Below the pieces are notes generated by a model. It saw only the letters and a list, made by a program, of their open reading frames with translations. It did no database searches and was not told the DNA's origin. The translations under genes and the position numbers were made by a program. Below are positions 47,445-60,142 of a stretch of DNA of 64,000 nt, in pieces. How positions within the stretch are numbered: position 1 is the first letter of the stretch; each line of letters starts with the position of its first letter. Source of the stretch: Paraspadella gotoi (taxonomy: Eukaryota; Animalia; Chaetognatha); contig CM119270.1 in NCBI GenBank assembly GCA_051294375.1, positions 13,292,843-13,356,842 of the forward strand, given 5' to 3'.

Positions 47445-47610
47445 ATGATTGGCTTGTTTTCGACGCATGCGCAGTCGGTTCACCGGAAGTTGCCTTTTTT
47501 TCCCCTGGTTTATATTTTTTTTGGTTTTGGGAGGCAGAGGCTCGCGTCTGTCTGATTGGTCCTTCCCCTTGAATCTTTATTCTGATTGGTCCTTCCCCTT
47601 GAATCTTTAT
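47445..47610. promoter_or_regulatory. Housekeeping-type promoter motif cluster
   Basis: Inverted CCAAT (ATTGG) at 47448, 47555 and 47585; NRF1-like ACGCATGCGCA at 47463; ETS CCGGAAGT at 47483; perfect 30-bp tandem duplication 47551-47580/47581-47610. Confidence 0.5.
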
Positions 47611-47867
47611 TTTTGCATTGGCTTTTTTTTTTTCTCAAATTTCATTTTCTTCCTTTTTATTTTTCTCCTTTTTTTATTCAATTTGCTCTTTCTCAAGGTT
47701 GTTTCCAATTTGTTTACTTCACTCTTTTTGACTTTTTTCTCTTTTTTTTATATTTCTATTTTTTTACTAATTTTTACTCTATTTCGTACTTTGTCTCACA
47801 CTTTATATTTTCCACCATTACTATTTTGTTTCTTTTCCGCTTTTTATGAAATGCTTTTTTTTCCACT

Positions 47868-48085
47868 TCTCCATCATTGTTTCCTCCCTTTCCTTCTCTC
47901 TCTCTCCATCATTCTTTCCTCCCTTTCCTTCTCTCTCTCTCTCCATCATTCTTTCCTCCCTTTCCTTCTCTCTCTCTCTCCATCATTCTTTCCTCCCTTT
48001 CCTTCTCTCTCTCCATCATTATTTCCTCCCTTTCCTTCTCTCTCTCCATCATTCTTTTCTCCCTTTCCTTCTCTCTCTCCATCCC
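47868..48085. repeat. ~33-37-bp pyrimidine-rich minisatellite x ~6
   Basis: Repeats of CTCCATCATTCTTTCCTCCCTTTCCTTCTCTCT. Confidence 0.9.
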
Positions 48086-48313
48086 ATTCTCCAGGTTTCT
48101 CAGTTTTTGTCCATCGTCTTTTTGAGATCCTCATCTCGAATTCCTCCCGTCTTCTCCTCCTCCTCCTCCTCCTCTTCTTCCTCCTCCTCCCCCTTCCGTC
48201 TTGTCCAATTCCACAGTCAAGCAAAAAAAAAAAAAAGATTGCGCTAGAGGGCGGGGAATCCCTTAGGCGGTCGTAGGGGAATCCCTGAAGCGATTGTCGG
48301 AGAATCCAAGAGG

Positions 48314-48412
48314 CGATTCCATGAAGGGAGGTTCCCGATTCTATGAAGGGACGTTTTCGATTCTATGTAGGGATGTTTTCGATTCTATGTAGGGATGTTC
48401 GCGATTCCATGG
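48314..48412. repeat. 22-bp minisatellite x ~4.5
   Basis: CGATTCTATG(A/T)AGGGA(C/T)GTTTT units, with degenerate GAATCCCT units on both sides. Confidence 0.85.
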
Positions 48413-49260
48413 TGTTGGGAAGCCGTAAAACAAATGTGTGGGGATCCCGGAGGAAGTTGTCGGTGAATCCCTAAGGCGATTGGTACAAGCCTGTTCATGA
48501 TCTACCATTCGAATTTTGATTTTACTTGATTTTAATATTTTCGCTACTCTTTATTGTTAAGTCATTGGGCTAAGTGAGTCAACGGACGAAGAACTCAAAA
48601 TTGACAGACTTAAGGAGTTAACAGTTAAGTATTAAAAAAGGATTAAAAAAGAATTCGAGAGAACCTCGGCCGTGTTTGACGGCCAAGTTTTGCCAAGGTC
48701 AATTTTGATTGAACGATTTCAAAGACTTTAAAAAGACTTCCCCTTTTTTTTCCCTTCTTTTCTTTATTTTCTTTTTTTTTTGGGGGAGAGTCTGGGTTTT
48801 CTTTTCTCTCATTCGCCGGTTTTTTTTTTGAAAGGCGAACGAAACCTACAGAAACCATGATTTATTGTCGATATATAAATACTAATATATTGAAAAAAAA
48901 GAACATGCTTTTTGGTATTAACTGAAGAGTGGCGGCGACCTTAGCTCGACAAGCCAACTAACCGAGACAAGCTGGTTTCCTCGGCGCCCGATGGGCTGTT
49001 TTCAGTTGAATCGGAATGCAGGACACGAACTTCGTCTGATTACTAACAATCTGCCCAAGGCTTGGTCGAGGGGGGTGGGGGGGCGTGGGCAAGGGGGTGG
49101 GGGTGTGAGGAGGGAAGAGTGTGATGTGAGGTTTGGGGTGTGACGAGGTCGTTGTGAAAGTTTTTGGCGAGGTTGACTGCCAATCGGAGATGTTTCTGCA
49201 TTCTATCATTCACGTGTTTGAAATTAAATGTTCTGGTTCATTCACTCCCCGATCTAATAC

Positions 49261-49541
49261 TTAAGGGAGTCGTCTTTTCATACAATTGAAACATTATACC
49301 ACTTCATTGATAGGGAAGCCAGGTACTCTGGGAGTGAATAAACGAGACTGTGTGAGAGTCTTGATTGAAAACTTGCAGGGACCTGCTATGTCATTATCTT
49401 GTAAGAGTGATGGAGGCCTTAAACCACCAAAGCCTGTCCAAAGTCAGGGGCAAGATAGCTTATTTATTAAATGAATGGGTAATATTTATATTGGTTGTAC
49501 CAATTTCATAAAATACCAAAAAAAATAATAATAAAAAAAAA
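49261..49541 (+). mobile_element. 3' end of a Penelope-like retroelement (GIY-YIG C-terminal remnant); shorter copies at 10236-10307, 56700-56762 and 58545-58668
   Basis: With two 1-nt corrections it reads GVVFHTIETLYHFIDxxKPGTLGVNKRDCVRVLIENL...KSDGG, resembling the PLE endonuclease pattern HxxxxxHxIDWxxxxILxxxxxxxxRxxxExxxI...NxDxG. All copies share (GAT)AGCTTATTTATTAAA.GAA.GG...GTACCAATTTCA and end there; an A-rich tail follows at 49510-49541. Confidence 0.5.
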
Positions 49542-51443
49542 CATGCAAATATACTATAAGCTGGACGCATTTGCGATATTCTATTCTTTCCATTAGCAGA
49601 AATCAGGACCGAGATTAACTCGCGTTTAACCGAGAAAATAACTGGAAAAAAAAACTAGAAATGTGATGGTCTGAGTAACTAAAACATGGAAACATCCTTT
49701 TTTTCCTTTGGGAGCGAAGGGAGAGAGAGAGAGAATTGACATAAAAAACACTGGAAGAAAAAGGAGAAAAAAAAAACCGGAAAGGGAGAGAAAGAGGAGG
49801 AAGAGGATGAGTAAGAAGAGAACATGGTTGAGCTCTATAGGGGAGGAGGAGGAGGAGGAGGAGGAGGAGGCGGTTGAATCGTTTTCGGGTCAAAAGATTA
49901 TTAGAGTTTCTTGTCCATGAAACGTCGTCGCTCGTCGTCCGTCGGTTCACGCGGTTCAATCGACTGATTGGGTCAAGTTGGGTCTCCGCGTCGGGTCAAG
50001 TCAGCGGGTCACGCCAGCGGATCGTCGTCTCCCGGTCGTTCGCGGGAGTTTGGGTCAAAGCGGTTCGAGTGTTTTAATTACAGATTGTCTCTCGTGATTT
50101 GTTTAAGGTCGTTCAGTGAATTGATTCCGAAGGAAGTTAAAACGTTAGAAAAAATATTTCAACGAAATTACTTCAATGTCGATTTCTTAGTAATATTTAT
50201 ATTCGAGAGAAGTAATGAACCAAATCTTTGCGATTTGCATCATCGAAAGACAACCTAATGTTTTTTTGGAGTATCTTTCAATTAAGATTCATGAAATATT
50301 ATACCGAGAGTCCGAGAAAATTAATGATAAAGAAATTTGCCTATTCTCCTTTCTTTACTATAATACTACCTTTTGTTTTTCAAAACGATGTCACAAACAA
50401 CAAAGGTGAGTCCTGCCCTCTTTAGTCAAAAAAATTGGAGAAAAAAGAAAAGAACATCGACTTCTGATATTCTTTTTCTAAATAAATGTATAGATATGAC
50501 TGGACTGTTGTCGAAGTGTCTTCCTCTGTATCGTTAAAAAATAAAAGTTTTTACATGAGATGAAACATTGGAAAAATTAAGGAAATAATTGAAACCTCAA
50601 CTTATCTTAACTTGATCTTGGATGGATTCGTATCTTTGAGTTAGACGTCTTTTGTTGACTTTCCGTTCCATTTCGCCATCTAACGATTGCGCTGCAATAC
50701 AGATATTTCTTTTTCAAACAAAAGATCATATTATGTGTTTCATATTAAGGAATTGTTAATACTTAATAGGTAGTAGATAATTGGTAATTAAAAGCTGTTA
50801 CTTGCCCGAGGGGCCATTATATTTGTAAAATATTCACTTAAACTCTCTTGCCAGTGTTCGTTACGGATTGGCGATTGCCCTTAATTTTCTTTTCGCTTAA
50901 GATCAGTTCAATCGACACGCGCTCTTTGCAACTATATTCGCACTTCCTTCACATTCACATTTTATTATTATTACTATTTTATGTCATCTTTGCTAAAAAG
51001 ATAATTTTTAAAAAGCCATTTTCTAAAATCCATTCCTGTGGATCCAAGTTCCTTTACAAACCTATTGGCCTCAACATCCTTGAAACTTCTTGCACTAGTA
51101 CTTCGAACCTTTCTTCTTTCCACCCAGCTCCCCCTTAAAACCTTTTGAGCACAAGATCCGTTCGCGCTCAAAATTACGTCACAACCTGCAAAAGATGACG
51201 AGGCGAGGGGCGAGCGAGACTGCGTCGAACGACGACGACGACGACGACGACGACGAAGACGACCGTGAAGACGAAGAAAAATATGCGAGGGATTCTTTCA
51301 CCAGTAGAAACCACAACGACGACGACAACGACGATAGAACGCAAAGTAGCTCTTAGTCGTCGTCGTCGTCGTCGTTCGTTCCGTTCTCGTTGAAACGTTT
51401 TCAGCGCCATTATGCCAGAAGCCAAGGCGTCGCTAGCGTCGAG

Positions 51444-51482
<39 letters not shown>

Positions 51483-51570
51483 CTCTTCTCTCTCTCTCTC
51501 TTCTCTCTTCTCTCTCTTTCTCTCTCTCTCTCTTCTTCTCTTTCTCTCTCTCTCTCTCTTTCTCTTTCTT

Positions 51571-51652
<82 letters not shown>

Positions 51653-51825
51653 TCTCTCTCTCGCTTTCGCTCGCTCGCTCTCTGTTAAATTTTCTTACCA
51701 ACGAGTGAAGAAACCCGTCGACGGGTTCCTGGGAATCGGTTGGAAAATGGAGGAAAAAGGAGATAGAAAGATCGGAGGAAAGGAGGGGAGAAAAAGAAAG
51801 AAATGAATAAGTATGATAAGAAAAG

Positions 51826-52020
51826 AGTGAGATAGAAAGATGGGAGAAAAGAATGGGAAGAAAACAAAAGTGTGAGAGAAAGATGGGAGAAAAGAATGGG
51901 AAGAAAACAAAAGTGTGAGATAGAAAGATGGGAGAAAAGAATGGGAATAAAACAAAAGTGTGAGATAGTAAGATGGGAGAAAATAATGGGAAGAAAACAA
52001 AAGTGTGAGATAGAAAGATG
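51826..52020. repeat. 45-bp minisatellite x ~4.4
   Basis: GTGTGAGATAGAAAGATGGGAGAAAAGAATGGGAAGAAAACAAAA units. Confidence 0.92.
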
Positions 52021-52939
52021 AGAGGAAAGGAGATAAAAAATGGAAAATATGGAAGGAGAACGAAAAATGCATAAATGAGATGAAAGAGTTTTACTTAGCT
52101 AATCGTAAGAAAGTATTACTGATGTTGAAAGGTAAAGATTAATTCTTGGCATTGAATAGGAATCCAGGGTTGGAGAATTAGTAGAATGTGGAGAATAGGT
52201 CGGTACGGAGGAGAACGCTGAGGAGAATGAGAGGAAAAAAAGAGAAAACAATGGGTAAGAAGATAAGGAGGCGAATGGGCAGAATAATAAAGTAATGAAG
52301 GAGACTTGTACGCCAAAAAAAAGGGATAATGAAAATATTTTTTTGGTTAAGCTTAAAATAAAGCTTAAAATAAGCATAATAAATCTTAATAGAGGTTAAA
52401 ATAGCAGTGAAAAACGGGAATGTTTCTAGTTTTGTTTTATTATCAGTTCACGATCCGTATTCCCTAAAATATCGATGTGTTTTTTCAAATTTTCTAAGAT
52501 TGGTTTCGCTTTGTCTCGTTCATCACGTTTTGCCTTTTCACCCTCCAAAACTAAATTTTCTCTCTCTTTTCCACATCTCGATTCATTTCATTTTCTCAGC
52601 CATTTTCTTCGCCTTATTTCACCGCCGTTCAGTCGTTTCCATCTCTGCCTTCTGCGGTGCCATGACTGCCAATGGCGCCATTGATGCTATCGATGCCGTT
52701 GCAACCATTGCCATCGCCATCGGTACCATTGCAGCCATCGGTGTCATTGCTGCCATCTGCGCTAGTGCTCCCATCGGGACCATTGCTGTCATCGGAGAGC
52801 TTGCTAATGGCACCATTGGACGCCCGATTCACTCGCCCGCTTTCCACCTCGAGCAAGATCACATCGCCGCGTCCTCATTGCCATGCTGACGTCGTTGTGT
52901 CGTTACTTCGTTTTAAGCCTCACGTGAATCTGGTCCTCC

Positions 52940-53046
<107 letters not shown>

Positions 53047-53397
53047 ATTCCTCAGTTTGTCGTCGAAGGATAAGCGACGTCCTTGTCCGAGATTCAGCGA
53101 GCTGCACCGAGCGACGAATGTGGACTCTCTCTCGGTCTGCGTTACGTGTTACTCTTTTTTCCCTTTTGGGAATAAATTTCCATTTTCACTTTTGGAAGAA
53201 GGGTCCGTTTTCATTTTGAAATTAAATCGAAGTTCCATCGAATTGTTGATGTGTAAGATAAGGTAAATTTAAAAAAAAAATAGAACGAATTTGAGACGAT
53301 CAAAGTAGCGGTGATTAGTGGTTCTCTGATTTGAGAGAGGATAACTGAAATGAGGTGATCTTAATTGAGGTAATATTCCGAGATGAGATGATCTCAG

Positions 53398-53547
53398 TTG
53401 AAACGATAACAGATGATGAGAAATATCCAGATCCGAGTAATGAGGAAAAAAGAATCTTTCCCAATTTAATCACATTTGAAACGATAACAGATGATGATAA
53501 ATATCCAGATCCGAGTGATGAGGAAAAAAAGAATCTTTCCCAATTTG
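53398..53547. repeat. ~78-bp tandem duplication
   Basis: TTGAAACGATAACAGATGATGA(G/T)AAATATCCAGATCCGAGT(A/G)ATGAGGAAAAAAGAATCTTTCCCAATTT occurs twice. Confidence 0.92.
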
Positions 53548-54633
53548 TGAATATCCCTCTTTTTCCACCAATCGAGAAATTGAGACACGAAAACGCTAAT
53601 TTAGCGTCGATTCAGCGTCGACGCGTCGCCATAACGACGAAAGAAGTCGGCCAATAACATCGTCCTCACTGCGAATCACTGACAGACTATTCACGCGGCA
53701 GCCCCCCGCGAGCCCCGAGCTGCTTCCTCAAGCCGAGTGATCGGTGAAAGTTCTTCGCGATTAAGGGGAGGGCGTGAGGGGGGGGCGCCACGGGAAACCT
53801 ATCTAGAGGGTGACTACGTGAAGTGCGTTAATTGTGATGGTGATGTAGATAGTCGTGGTGATTGAAACTGTCATAAAAAATTTCTGATCGTCACTCGGTG
53901 TAAATACAATAAGCGATTTCATCCAAATCTTATATTTCTTTAAAAAAAAAATATCAAATTTGAATTAAGGAATTTGACAATTTTTCATTCGGACACGAGT
54001 TCGACGATTTCCGTCGAAAATCTCGTTACAAGTGACGCTCGCGTGACTCATAACGCGACGATGATTCATAACGCGAGCACGACGCCTAACGAGAGGGTAA
54101 CACGTAACGCCAACATTACACGTAACGCGAGCATGACGCGTAACCTGCACTCGAAGGCTCAACCGAAAAACCCTTCCATTATTTTCTTTTTTTTTCCGCC
54201 CACACTCATCACATTGCTTCCTCCTCCATCTCATCCTCCTCCTCCTCCTTCTCCTCCTCCTCTTCCTCCTCGACTTTCTTCTTCCTCCTCCTCTTCCTCC
54301 TTCGACTCCTTCCCCCCAACCGCGTCACGTCACGGAATCCCCTCCCGTTCTCGGGCGTCGCACACACACAGCGCTATGCAGTCAGTATTTGTGTTTTAAT
54401 ATGAATGTTGTCTTCAGTCTCTCTATCTCCATCTTTCTCTCTCTTTCTCTCTCTCTCTCTCACTCACCCGTTTTTTTGCTCACCCAAGAAAAAGAAACTC
54501 GCCCCCCCGTTTTCTGGGTTCGTTTCCTACCCGTCCATCTCTTCATCCTTAACTCGTCTTCGTGGATTAAACATTTTTTTGTGAACGAAAAAAAAAACAA
54601 AACAAAAAAACAAAACGAACGTTTCGTGTTTAA

Positions 54634-54670
<37 letters not shown>

Positions 54671-55509
54671 GGTCTCTCTCTGTCTCTTCATCCTGTTTGT
54701 ATCATCACCTAAAAAAAGCCGTGTGTTTGTATCTCTCTCTCTATCTCTCTCTTTCTCCAAAGCTTCGAACCGTTAGAAGAAGAAAAAAGTCAAACAAAAG
54801 AAACAAACAGTAAATAAACAGTAAATAAACAAACCCCATTTTTTTCCTTCGTCGTGGTCGTCGTTTTTGTCATCGCTGTTGTCGTCGTCGTCATCATCAC
54901 CTTTTTATGACTATTTTTCTCTCCCCCTCTCATTTCGGTACTTTCGCTTTGACAGCGGGCGTGGGTACTGGAAGTTTTTTATTAAGATACATACAAAGAA
55001 GACTGTATACAATAATATTTTTTCAAGGTACGAACCTTTCTTTTTTTTATTTGTATGTTAGACAGCAAAAAATAGTATTTATGTTCGTTTTTTTCAAAAT
55101 AAAAGCACCTTTTTTCTGTCTACTTATAATTTTTTTAAACCATCGATTTATCAAAAGACAAAGTTATTTCATTTTGTATATCCGCTAATTACTAAACTTC
55201 GAAGCGAAAATACCGACATATGAAAAATAAGAATCAAAAAAGATTAAATTATGCATGACTTCGTTCATTTCACTTCACCTAAAAACTCGGATTTTGCTCT
55301 TTCCAACGAAAACGGATATTACAACCAATCGTAAAACAAACTTCGCTTCTCGAAATTATCGCTTCTCGAAAAAAAAAACATACCGAGTCCGGATTTACTC
55401 TCCAGATTTTCCGCTTTTGGATTTCCGCTTCTCCCGAGTTCTCCCGCTTGTGCTGAATTTCCGCTGCCGAACTTCCGCTGCCGATCCTCCGCTTTCGGAC
55501 ACTCAGCCG

Positions 55510-55570
55510 CTGCCGACCCTCCAATTGCCGACCCTCCGACTGCCGACCCTCCGACTGCCGACCCTCCCAC
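55510..55570. repeat. 15-bp repeat (TGCCGACCCTCCGAC) x4
   Basis: Seen directly; gives LPTLR repeats in ORF 55255. Confidence 0.85.
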
Positions 55571-55879
55571 CGACGACCGTCGGCTCCCGAGCCACCGGTG
55601 CCGACCCATCCGCCGCGCTGACCTTTACCTGGCCGCCCCTTCAATCTCAGATTCTCCCCCAGGAGAACTTCTTTGGATTAATATCTGAGTTCGTCATTCG
55701 AGGACGCGATGGGAGTGGGCGGGATAATCGACGCAGGTAAAGGAGAAGCCAAGGAATATATTAAGATATCCTGTAAGAAAGCATCGATATTGTAGTAATG
55801 GCTTTGGGTCAATTAATGACGTTCCGAAAAGCAAGTGGCGTCCGACTAATTCCAAGAAGCATCGTCTTAGATCTATTGA

Positions 55880-56167
55880 GTACATCCATCTGGCATCCTA
55901 TGTTCTATTATATACGGGAAGCATTTGGTTTTCTATCACATACGGATGGCTAATAGCTATGTCATCCGATGTTCTATTACATACATCCTGTGTTCTATCG
56001 CATTCGGGAAACACCTTTTCTTACATCCGGGAGATAACACTTTTTCTCCTATGTACATCTGGGAGAGATGTTTTATTACATCCGGGAGACATCTTGCGTT
56101 CCATTATATTCAAGAATCATCTTTTATTACATCCGAGAGACATCTTGCGTTCTATTACATCCGGGAA
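55880..56167. repeat. Degenerate minisatellite with TTCTATTACATCCGGGA core
   Basis: About ten diverged units, e.g. TTTTATTACATCCG(G/A)GAGACATCTTGCGTTC at ~56071 and ~56122. Confidence 0.75.
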
Positions 56168-56255
56168 TGGCGTCACTTAACGAAGAAGAATTGCGGCGTC
56201 TATTTTTGGCGCCGAGGATTCGGGGTCTCGCGTGGCGCCTCGCGATACGACGAAC

Positions 56256-56323
<68 letters not shown>

Positions 56324-57442
56324 ACGTTTCGGGTTCCATCGATCATCAGCGATCTCATGCTCGAATGATGGCAAGGTCGTCTTCTTCTCGTGGTCATCGT
56401 CGTCGTCGTCGTCGTCGTCATGGTTATCATCATTATCACGTGCATGATCTTTACGTCTCGGTCGTGAACGTCTTCGTCTTCGTTGTCGTCGTCATCTTCG
56501 TTATCATGGTCGTCGTCGTCATTGTCGTCGTCATCCTCTCCTCACTTAATCCTTTCTTTTCGTGATGATAATAACTTAAGGTGATTATGTGAATGGAATT
56601 ATAGCGTAATATATTGACCGTCTTAAGTTTTGACCATATTATATTTTTAGTTTCCACTTTAATTTCCTTAATTTTGGTCTTGAGTTTCAAGAAATATTAT
56701 AGATAGCTTATTTATTAAATGAAAGGATAATTTTTATATTGGTTGTACCAATTTCATAAAATAGTATCAATGAATACAACGCTACAGTAATTTTGTTTTT
56801 CCATTTTTTTTACAAATACGACAATATTTATATTTGTTTTACCCAAAAAAGACGTGCTTAACTGCTTATAATTCAAGTTTTTATTAAAAACACGACGAAG
56901 GAACGAATTAATAAAATAAACGTTAGTTTACCATCTGCCAAGAGGGACCTTGATGTCTTTTCAAAAGATTTTCCTTGCGTGGTTGGTTTTCCATGAATGT
57001 TAATCGTTCGTTGGTTGGAATTCAAAGAAAACTCAAAAGAAAATGAAAAGAAAAAAAGAGAAAAAAATAATTAATAAAATAAAAAGAAAGAAAAAAAAAG
57101 ATCTTGGGCCGCTAATTTCTCCTGGAGAAAGAAAAGGGTGTTTAAGGATCGCGAGAAAACAAACAAAACGTTAAAACATAAACAAAACAAAACGTTAAAC
57201 GCTTCCAACTTCCAACTATTGGATGCATCGAGAAAACAAAACTTTATTTTACGGCCAAGAATAAAAAATTAATAAATTTTTTTAGATTTTTCGGTACAAA
57301 TCTTTTCTTTTCTTTTTTTCCATTTATTTCTAGTTTGTCCTTTTTTTTTCCTCCTCCAGCTGCTCTTTTGTTTCCCCTGATAGATTTTTATTCGATTATG
57401 TTCAGATTTTTCAAAACTATTTTCAGATAATTCTGCTTTTTA

Positions 57443-57814
57443 TTTTAGTTGCGCCGCGAGTACTCGCGGAGCAACTCTATAAGTCACTTTTCGATCGGTC
57501 TGTCGGTCGGACTGTCTGTCTGTCTATCGGTCAGTATGTATGTCCGTCGGTCTGTCCCACTGCAAAAATGCATATAATTCGCTTAGGCTAAAGTTGGTTT
57601 TTTCATTTGTTAAGACAGAAAAAAAACCTCAAATCTAAGGGACAGCTAGCGCCGCCTTCAGGAAATCCTAAATTAAAAGGAATAAAAGACGAAATTTCGA
57701 TTCAGTGCATGTCATTAGTCATTAGTCATGTCATGTCATATCTTATGATCAAAAGGAAATAAACGAGAAAATAAAGTCACTGCTGCGCAACACATTGGAA
57801 TCACCGTTCTTGTT
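57443..57814 (+). mobile_element. Helentron-associated (DINE-1/HINE-like) non-autonomous element
   Basis: TTTT-AGTTGCGCCGCGAGTACTCGCGGAGCAACT palindrome (57447-57476), then CTATAAG, a (GTCG/GTCT)n tract at 57495-57558 and a CTTGTT end. This is the usual HINE architecture. Confidence 0.65.
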
Positions 57815-58843
57815 TAACGATGATTGTCCTTTTTTTTAATTTAAAAACCAAACAAAGACATTTTCATAGTCAAAGTAAAATCCAGGAAAAAAAAACAACA
57901 AAAAACCAAAAAAACCAAAAAGAAACGAATGATGCGCAAGAGAGAGAAAGAATTTCGCCATAACTTAATTAACTTAATCAACAACTTTTTTTTTAGTTAA
58001 AAAAAAAACAGTGATGCAGATATTATTAATGAACCGAGAAGAAAAGTGAAGGAAAAAAAAAAAGAAAATATTTTTGCTCTGAGATAAAGAAGAAAAAAGA
58101 TGAAAGAATCGTCGGTTCCTCCATCTGGAAAATCGGATGGCGGGTAACTCATAGCTCCTCTTTGTTCCCTTGTTTTTTTGTTTGTTTTTGTTTTCGATTT
58201 AAAAAAACGAAAGCGAGACTTTGAACATTTAACTGACTAATGATTCGTATATTTGTTGTTTTTTCATCATTAATTAATTTTAATAAAGTTTTTTTTTTGT
58301 TCGATTATTCAACATCTGCGATTCGGAATCACAAAAAAAAAAAAAAAAAACGATAAGAGGAAAGCTCAAACAGCTTGTTGGATTTGAAGCGATGACGCTG
58401 GAACTTTCATCCGTCGAGGATCAGCGAAAGGTGGAGCAAGAAATGGGGAAGGAACGTGGAGATGGGGAAAGAATGGAACCGGAGGGAATGTTGACATGGT
58501 GGAAATTTGAATTGGGAAGGAATGTCGACACCGTGGATTAAGAAATGTTATTATCTCGTAAGAGAGATGGAAGTCTAAAACCACTAAAGCCTGTCCAAAG
58601 TCAGGGGTAAGCTTATTTATTAAATGAATGGATATTGGATAATCTTTATATTGGTCGTACCAATTTCATGGAAAGGACTGATGACATGGTAGATAAATTA
58701 ATTGGGAAAGAATGTCCATTGAATGGAAGAATGCATTAAGGATTGATGACGAGTTGAAATAATGTATCAGGAAGGAATGTTGACATGGAGGAAGAAGTTT
58801 TTAAGGAGAAAACGTGGAATAATCGGGGGGGGTTCGGAGGAGG

Positions 58844-58910
<67 letters not shown>

Positions 58911-59752
58911 GAGAGAGAGATGAGAGAGAGATTGTCGAGAGCGATGGTAGAAAGATATTCCGCGATGACCCTTCGCCACGAGTTCTATCTTCCTCCGATG
59001 GTTTAAAGAATCCGAAGAGTAAAGGAGGGAGGAAAGGAAAAAAAGGAAAGAGAATAATACAAAGGAAGGAAAGAAGGAAGGATGGAGGCTGATTTTGGTG
59101 GAGATTTAAAAGTCTAAGAGGCCCAGGGGGGAAAAGGTTGAGCGGGGGCGAGGAAAAGGAATAAGTGTAAAAGGAAAGTGGAGAAGGGGAAGGAGGAAGG
59201 AGGAAGGAATGAAGGAGAAAAGAAAAGAAGGGAGGAAAGTGGAGGCGGAGGAGAGAAAAGCAGGGCAGAAGGAGAGAGTTAAAAAGGGGAGGAATAAACG
59301 AAAGAATTTGGCGAAAGATCGGAAAAGAGAAAAGTCGGTGTAGTTTGGTCCGAGATCGAGAGCCTTTATTTTTATGGAAACCATCCTTGTTTGCTCCGGT
59401 TGGCGCCTTTATTTTTATGGCGGGTAACGTTGTGGTTCGGTTCCTTGTCGTCGTTGTTGTCGGTTTCGCTCTCAGAAAACCGTCTTACGTTTTAAAAACA
59501 GGGGTTAGTAATTTTAAGATTGGGGAAGTATCATGAAGTAAAAAATAAACATTTATCTGAGTTTTTCCCAGACCGCTCGCAAGAAATGAAAAAAAAAATT
59601 TCTTTAGGACGATGACATCTTTATGCCTTTAAAATAATCTCTTTGAAAAATTTCTTGCCATCCAAACCAATTAGCATCGTTTTCAGGGGAAAGGTTTAAA
59701 AATCGATTCTTTCTCAGGACTAAATTTGTCTTAATTACATTAATTACATTAA

Positions 59753-60142
59753 GGCGGGCCAAAATTTATCACTTTTTATCATTAGGAGTTCAGTAATATG
59801 AAATTCATTTGTCAATCATATACTTAATCAATATTTATTATCACTTTTTTAACTAGTGAAGCACAGTATAACATTGAAGCATTTAAATATTTATCAATGT
59901 ATAGGCAATTTTTATTATTTATAGTAATACGATAAACTTTAAATGCTCCTATGTTATTAACTATACTTAAAATCTTTTAACTCTTTTAAAATTTCGTTAT
60001 CCCACAGGGATGTTCTAACGTTATTTATATTACAGAATACAGAACTCTTAGTTTTTACCTTGATGTACATATAGAAACAAAAGCTACCCTTAGAGAGTCG
60101 TTTTTTTTATACGGAAAATGGCTTCAGTTTTAAAGACCCGCC
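59753..60142. mobile_element. Second Kolobok-like MITE family, 390 bp; related ends at ~8960 and 10083
   Basis: TTAA|GGCGGGCC ... GACCCGCC|TTAA. Its start GGCGGGCCAAAATTTATCACTTTTTATCATTAGGAGTTCAGTAAT matches GGCGGTAAAATTTATCGTTTTTTATCATGAGAGGTCAGTAT at 10083. Confidence 0.65.

Noticed and set aside
50860-51138. Possible transposon end CAGCTCCCCC|TTAA, and GTCCCC|TTAA at ~3344-3353
   Set aside because: No matching partner terminus was found in the window.
53355-53657. 100-aa ORF with duplicated ETITDDxKYPDPS
   Set aside because: Explained by a 78-bp tandem duplication; GTG start and no splice support.
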